A stretch of DNA of 63,513 nt, filler included, from a bacterium (GTDB lineage: Bacteria; JBBIVP01), in assembly GCA_037439705.1 (NCBI GenBank). It is 3 parts of 3 records of this genome, joined end to end, with 100 filler letters (N's around TTAATTAATTAA, not from the genome) between each part and the next. Parts side by side here need not be neighbours in the genome. Positions count along the whole stretch, not along the records: positions 46,697 to 63,513 come from JBBIVP010000023.1; 2 more parts are not named here. One strand, 5' to 3'. Positions 60,191 to 63,513 of the stretch are shown here, piece after piece (within the stretch, counting starts at the first letter, position 1; every line of letters starts with the position of its first letter). The position numbers and the translations under genes are program-made. The notes beneath the pieces were generated by a model, which was not told the origin of the DNA, did not search any database, and was given only the letters and a program-made list of their open reading frames with translations.

Positions 60191-61111
60191 TCATCCCTCC
60201 TGAGAAATTCTTTTTATATAAATCTCCTCAAGGGTTGGAAGGTTTTCTTTCATCTCCACGAGTCTCATTCCGGATGATACAATTGTTTTAACAATCTCAT
60301 CTCTCGGATCCGACCCCTTTGCACATTCAACAAGAAATTCGCCATCCTTTCTTTCCACTGCCTGAACCCCCTTCAACGATTTGAGAAGATTCAACACAGC
60401 CTCCCTGTCTCCGTCTATCCTTAAAGAAAGCACAAGTTTTTCTCTCTCTTTTCTGTAAAGGTCTTCAAGTGAATCTTCAGCCACGAGCCTCCCCCTGTTT
60501 ATTATAAGAACTCTTGAACATACCATCGTTACCTCAGGAAGTATGTGGGTTGAGAGAATAATTGTATGCTGTCCCTTCAAACTCTTTATGAAATTTCTTA
60601 TTTCCATTATCTGCTGGGGGTCAAGTCCAAGTGTGGGTTCATCAAGAACAAGAACCTCCGGATTGTGAACGATAGCCTGAGCAATTCCAACCCTCTGTCT
60701 GTATCCCTTTGAAAGATTCTTTATAAGCCTCCCTCTCACCTCTTTCAAACCGCACTTCTCTATTACCTCTTCAATTGCCCTCTTCCTGTCTTTATTTGAA
60801 ACCCCTTTTATCTTTGCTACGAAATCAAGATAGGAATAAACGCTCATATCAAGATAAAGGGGAGGGTGTTCAGGAAGGTACCCTGTTCTTCTTTTTACCT
60901 CTAAGGGATGGCTCGTTACATCATATCCACAAACACTCGCTGTTCCAGAGGTGGGAGCAAGAAATCCTGTTATTATTCTCATTGTTGTTGTCTTACCAGC
61001 CCCATTTGGACCAAGGAATCCGAGTATCTCACCCTTCTCTACTCTGAACGAGACATCCTCAATTCCTATTTTATCACCGTATTTTTTTGTTAAATTTTTA
61101 ACCTCTATCAT
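60191..61111 (-). CDS. GldA-like ABC transporter ATP-binding protein
   Basis: GPNGAGKT, LSKGYRQRVGIAQA, LDEPT, STHILPEV. Confidence 0.93.
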   Translation of the reverse strand: MIEVKNLTKKYGDKIGIEDVSFRVEKGEILGFLGPNGAGKTTTMRIITGFLAPTSGTASVCGYDVTSHPLEVKRRTGYLPEHPPLYLDMSVYSYLDFVAKIKGVSNKDRKRAIEEVIEKCGLKEVRGRLIKNLSKGYRQRVGIAQAIVHNPEVLVLDEPTLGLDPQQIMEIRNFIKSLKGQHTIILSTHILPEVTMVCSRVLIINRGRLVAEDSLEDLYRKEREKLVLSLRIDGDREAVLNLLKSLKGVQAVERKDGEFLVECAKGSDPRDEIVKTIVSSGMRLVEMKENLPTLEEIYIKRISQEG

Positions 61112-61152
61112 TTATCCTCCTCCAGAATAAAGATCTGAAAATTGATCTTTTA

Positions 61153-61851
61153 TTATTTTAGATATTTATCTATCACATTCTTAAAACTCTCAAAAGGAAG
61201 GGCACCCCTTACGACCTCACCCTCAAATGTGCTTCCACCCTTGTTCTTCCCTATGATGAAGGATGGTGTTCCCCTTATTCCATATTGACTTGCATCGTTC
61301 ATATCCTTTGTTATCTCCGCATCCACATCTGCATCCTGCAGGCAGGATTCAAAATTCTTCATATTAAGCCCGAGTTGCTTGGCATGATTTCTTAAATCAT
61401 CAGGAGAGAGTTGCCCTGTTGAAAACAACAGGTCGTGCATCTCCCAGTATTTTCCCTGTTTTCCAGCGCAGTTTGCAGCTTTCGCTGCATCTCTTGCTAA
61501 ATTGTGGAATGGAAGCGGATAATCTCTGAACACAAGTTTAACCTTCCCTGTATCAATGTACTCACTCTTTATCTGTGGAAGTGTTTGAAGGGCAAACCTC
61601 CTGCAGAAAGGACACTGAAAATCACTGAATTCTACCATAATAACTGGAGCATCTTCTTTTCCTTTTACAGGGTCATCGTCAACAGATACGGTAATTTTCT
61701 CCGGGGGCATTTCAGGAATTGCAGGTTGTGGTCTCTCTGCCCTCCTTTCAGGAACAGATGGTTTCTTTGTATAGATTGCGATCGCCAGAGAGAATGTCAT
61801 AATGGAAAAAAGTAAAATCAACCACACCACAATTCTGTCTATCGGCTTCAT
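61153..61851 (-). CDS. Membrane-anchored DsbA family thioredoxin-fold protein
   Basis: N-terminal TM, SDFQCPFC, GTP cis-Pro motif. Confidence 0.92.
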   Translation of the reverse strand: MKPIDRIVVWLILLFSIMTFSLAIAIYTKKPSVPERRAERPQPAIPEMPPEKITVSVDDDPVKGKEDAPVIMVEFSDFQCPFCRRFALQTLPQIKSEYIDTGKVKLVFRDYPLPFHNLARDAAKAANCAGKQGKYWEMHDLLFSTGQLSPDDLRNHAKQLGLNMKNFESCLQDADVDAEITKDMNDASQYGIRGTPSFIIGKNKGGSTFEGEVVRGALPFESFKNVIDKYLK

Positions 61852-61873
61852 CTCATTACCTCCTTTTTGGTTT

Positions 61874-61902
61874 TTTATACAACTTTATATTCCAAATGTC
61901 AA
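61874..61902 (-). promoter_or_regulatory. Sigma70 promoter for the DsbA/Gld-like operon
   Basis: TTGACA-17 nt-TATAAA followed by an AGGAGGT SD. Confidence 0.6.
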
Positions 61903-61936
61903 GATTTTTTCCTACTCTTGGTCAGCACATAATTAC

Positions 61937-63465
61937 CTATCGGTGTAAGCCCATTTCTTTTTCAGAAAATACTATAGCCTCAAATCTGTAAAGTTCGGTT
62001 CCTTCCTTTCCAATGCAATCTATTGGAAGACCAGCCTTTNNNNNNNNNNCGGCAGGCCTGCCTTGCGGCAGGTGTGTTGGAGAAATGTATCCCTGTCCCA
62101 TCCCTCTTCAACAGGAACCTGAGGAAGTAGAACTCCTTGATAGAATCCCCTTTTAACAAGAAGACCGTCTCTGCCCACTACAACCTCCTCTGGATTTTCC
62201 ACTTTTATCATGTCGGAAAGCACTGATATTTCAATATCTATATCATTTAATTCCTCCGCTCTCACTGGAAAAAACCTCGGGTCTTTTGAACATGAATGAA
62301 CGGTCATTTCCTGAACAGTCTTGTAAAGGGGCATATCGCTTATAAGCCTTCCAATGCATCCTCTCAATTCACCCTTTATCTTAAGAGTAACAAAGGCTGC
62401 TCCTATTTTTTTGTTTCTTTCACTCTTAACCTGAACCTCCGGAATTTTTCTGTTTTTCACATATTCAACCAGAGTTTTTCTTGCAAGAATTAGTAATTCC
62501 TTTTTATCCTCATCTGTCAACGGTTCAATGTGCAATTCGGTTTTCCCCCCGCTAATGGAAGGTTGATAAAAAGCCACAGAACTGTATCCAACCACATGAC
62601 TTTTATCACCCGCTGTATCTCCTGAATTGAGGTACTTCAACACCTTCATCTGAACATTTTTGAAATGAGAAAGGAACTCAAGAAATACTGCTATTGGATA
62701 TACGCCGCAAAACTGAATCCTTTCCATTCTGTCTTCTTCAAGAAGTAAAAATGGGTCAAGTTTTGAAAGAATTTCAAGGGCTTTTTTGTCCATCCTTGCA
62801 GCATCATCGTAAGGAAGGTAATGAGACATATCGCTTGATATAACAAATATAGTATTTGGGTCATCTCCGAATTCTTTAAAAAGGTATGAACCATCATTTT
62901 TTATTGTCTCCCTGCTCATCTGACCAACAACCACAGGAACAATTTTGAAATCCTTTAATGCAGACTGAAGGAATGGAATCTGAACATCTAAGGAGTGTTC
63001 CATTGAATAAACCCTCGGGTCATCTATAAATACATCCCTGTAATTCAAAAGTCTTTTTACCGCTTCACCATCAATCGGAACATCGCCAAGAGGTGTTCTA
63101 TAAAAATCAGCATTTATAACGGAAGCCTTTGTTGTTGGATACCTGTGAGTTGGAGCAAGGATTACAATCCTGGATGGTTTTAGCCTTGAAAGAAGTTTAA
63201 ATCCATATCCTGCAACCTTTCCTGAGTATATGTAGCCAGCATGCGGAGATATTATCCCCAAAACTCTGCCTTTTACTTCCTCAACCTCTGCTGAATTTAT
63301 GTATTCCTCAACCATCCTTTTCAGTTCACCCTTTCCCGCAGGATAAAAACTTCCCGCTACAACAGGACCAAATGTTTTCATTGCTGAACCTCCTTCTTCC
63401 TTACAGGAAAAACAAACAATAATTATGACCAAACCCCATAAATAACTTCTCCGCAAAACCGGCAC
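61937..63465 (-). CDS. AmmeMemoRadiSam protein B (Memo) fused to protein A (AMMECR1); spans an assembly gap
   Basis: VAGSFYP, PHAGYIYSG, EHSLDVQ, SSDMSHY, then GAAFVTL..LRGCIG, DPRF, LLPQV. The C-terminus resumes after the N gap as KAGLPIDCIGKEGTELYRFEAIVFSEKEMGLHR* (TAG 61937-61939). Confidence 0.9.
62040..62049. other. Scaffold gap (10 N) inside the Memo-AMMECR1 gene
   Basis: N run, with KAGLP encoded on both flanks. Confidence 0.95.
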
Positions 63466-63513
63466 CTCCCGTTTATTATATTGTTTTCAAGAATAGCATA
63501 ACCCTTTCTTTTT

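Noticed and set aside
61129..61150. AAAGATC/GATCTTT hairpin after dsbA as a terminator
   Set aside because: Weak AT-rich 7-bp stem with no convincing U tract on the coding strand.
669..62897. Numerous short antisense or alternative-frame ORFs in the track
   Set aside because: They are Ser/Phe/Ile-rich shadows of purine-rich genes on the other strand or frame, without motifs or ribosome-binding sites.
1..63513. CRISPR arrays, rRNA, tRNA or IS elements
   Set aside because: Intergenic regions are short and no spaced direct repeats, RNA gene signatures or transposase ORFs were seen by eye; a covariance-model scan would be needed to be certain.

Overview
A low-GC, gene-dense bacterial window from a draft or metagenome assembly. 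At least three contigs are joined by artificial 100-nt N44-TTAATTAATTAA-N44 spacers (23431-23530, 46597-46696), and there is a 10-N gap at 62040-62049. The gene repertoire and the Lys/Glu-rich proteins suggest a possibly thermophilic delta-proteobacteria-like organism (inference). Most genes are housekeeping: miaB, xerC-hslVU, a partial ATP synthase operon (b'-b-delta-alpha-gamma), purH, mlaEFD, gmk, rplM-rpsI-argC, pckG, mazG, phoH-HD-ybeY, pheA, mreB, argG, tsaC, purE, yraN, rnhB, rplS, trmD, a Gld-like ABC system, a DsbA protein and a Memo-AMMECR1 fusion. Highlights: (1) a membrane-anchored SMC/Rad50-like ATPase inserted between rplS and rnhB-yraN; (2) a switch-like anti-Shine-Dalgarno element between trmD and rplS; (3) many apparently leaderless promoters, including a palindromic bidirectional extended -10 between mazG and a TPR gene; (4) a polysaccharide export operon with a bipartite OPX plus beta-barrel translocon, three unusual exported partners and an interrupted Wzy/ligase gene; (5) a probable rearrangement junction breaking both the atp and nfeD operons; (6) a putative nucleotidyltransferase toxin-antitoxin pair; (7) several pseudogenes of envelope proteins. 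No rRNA, tRNA, CRISPR array or transposase was recognised.
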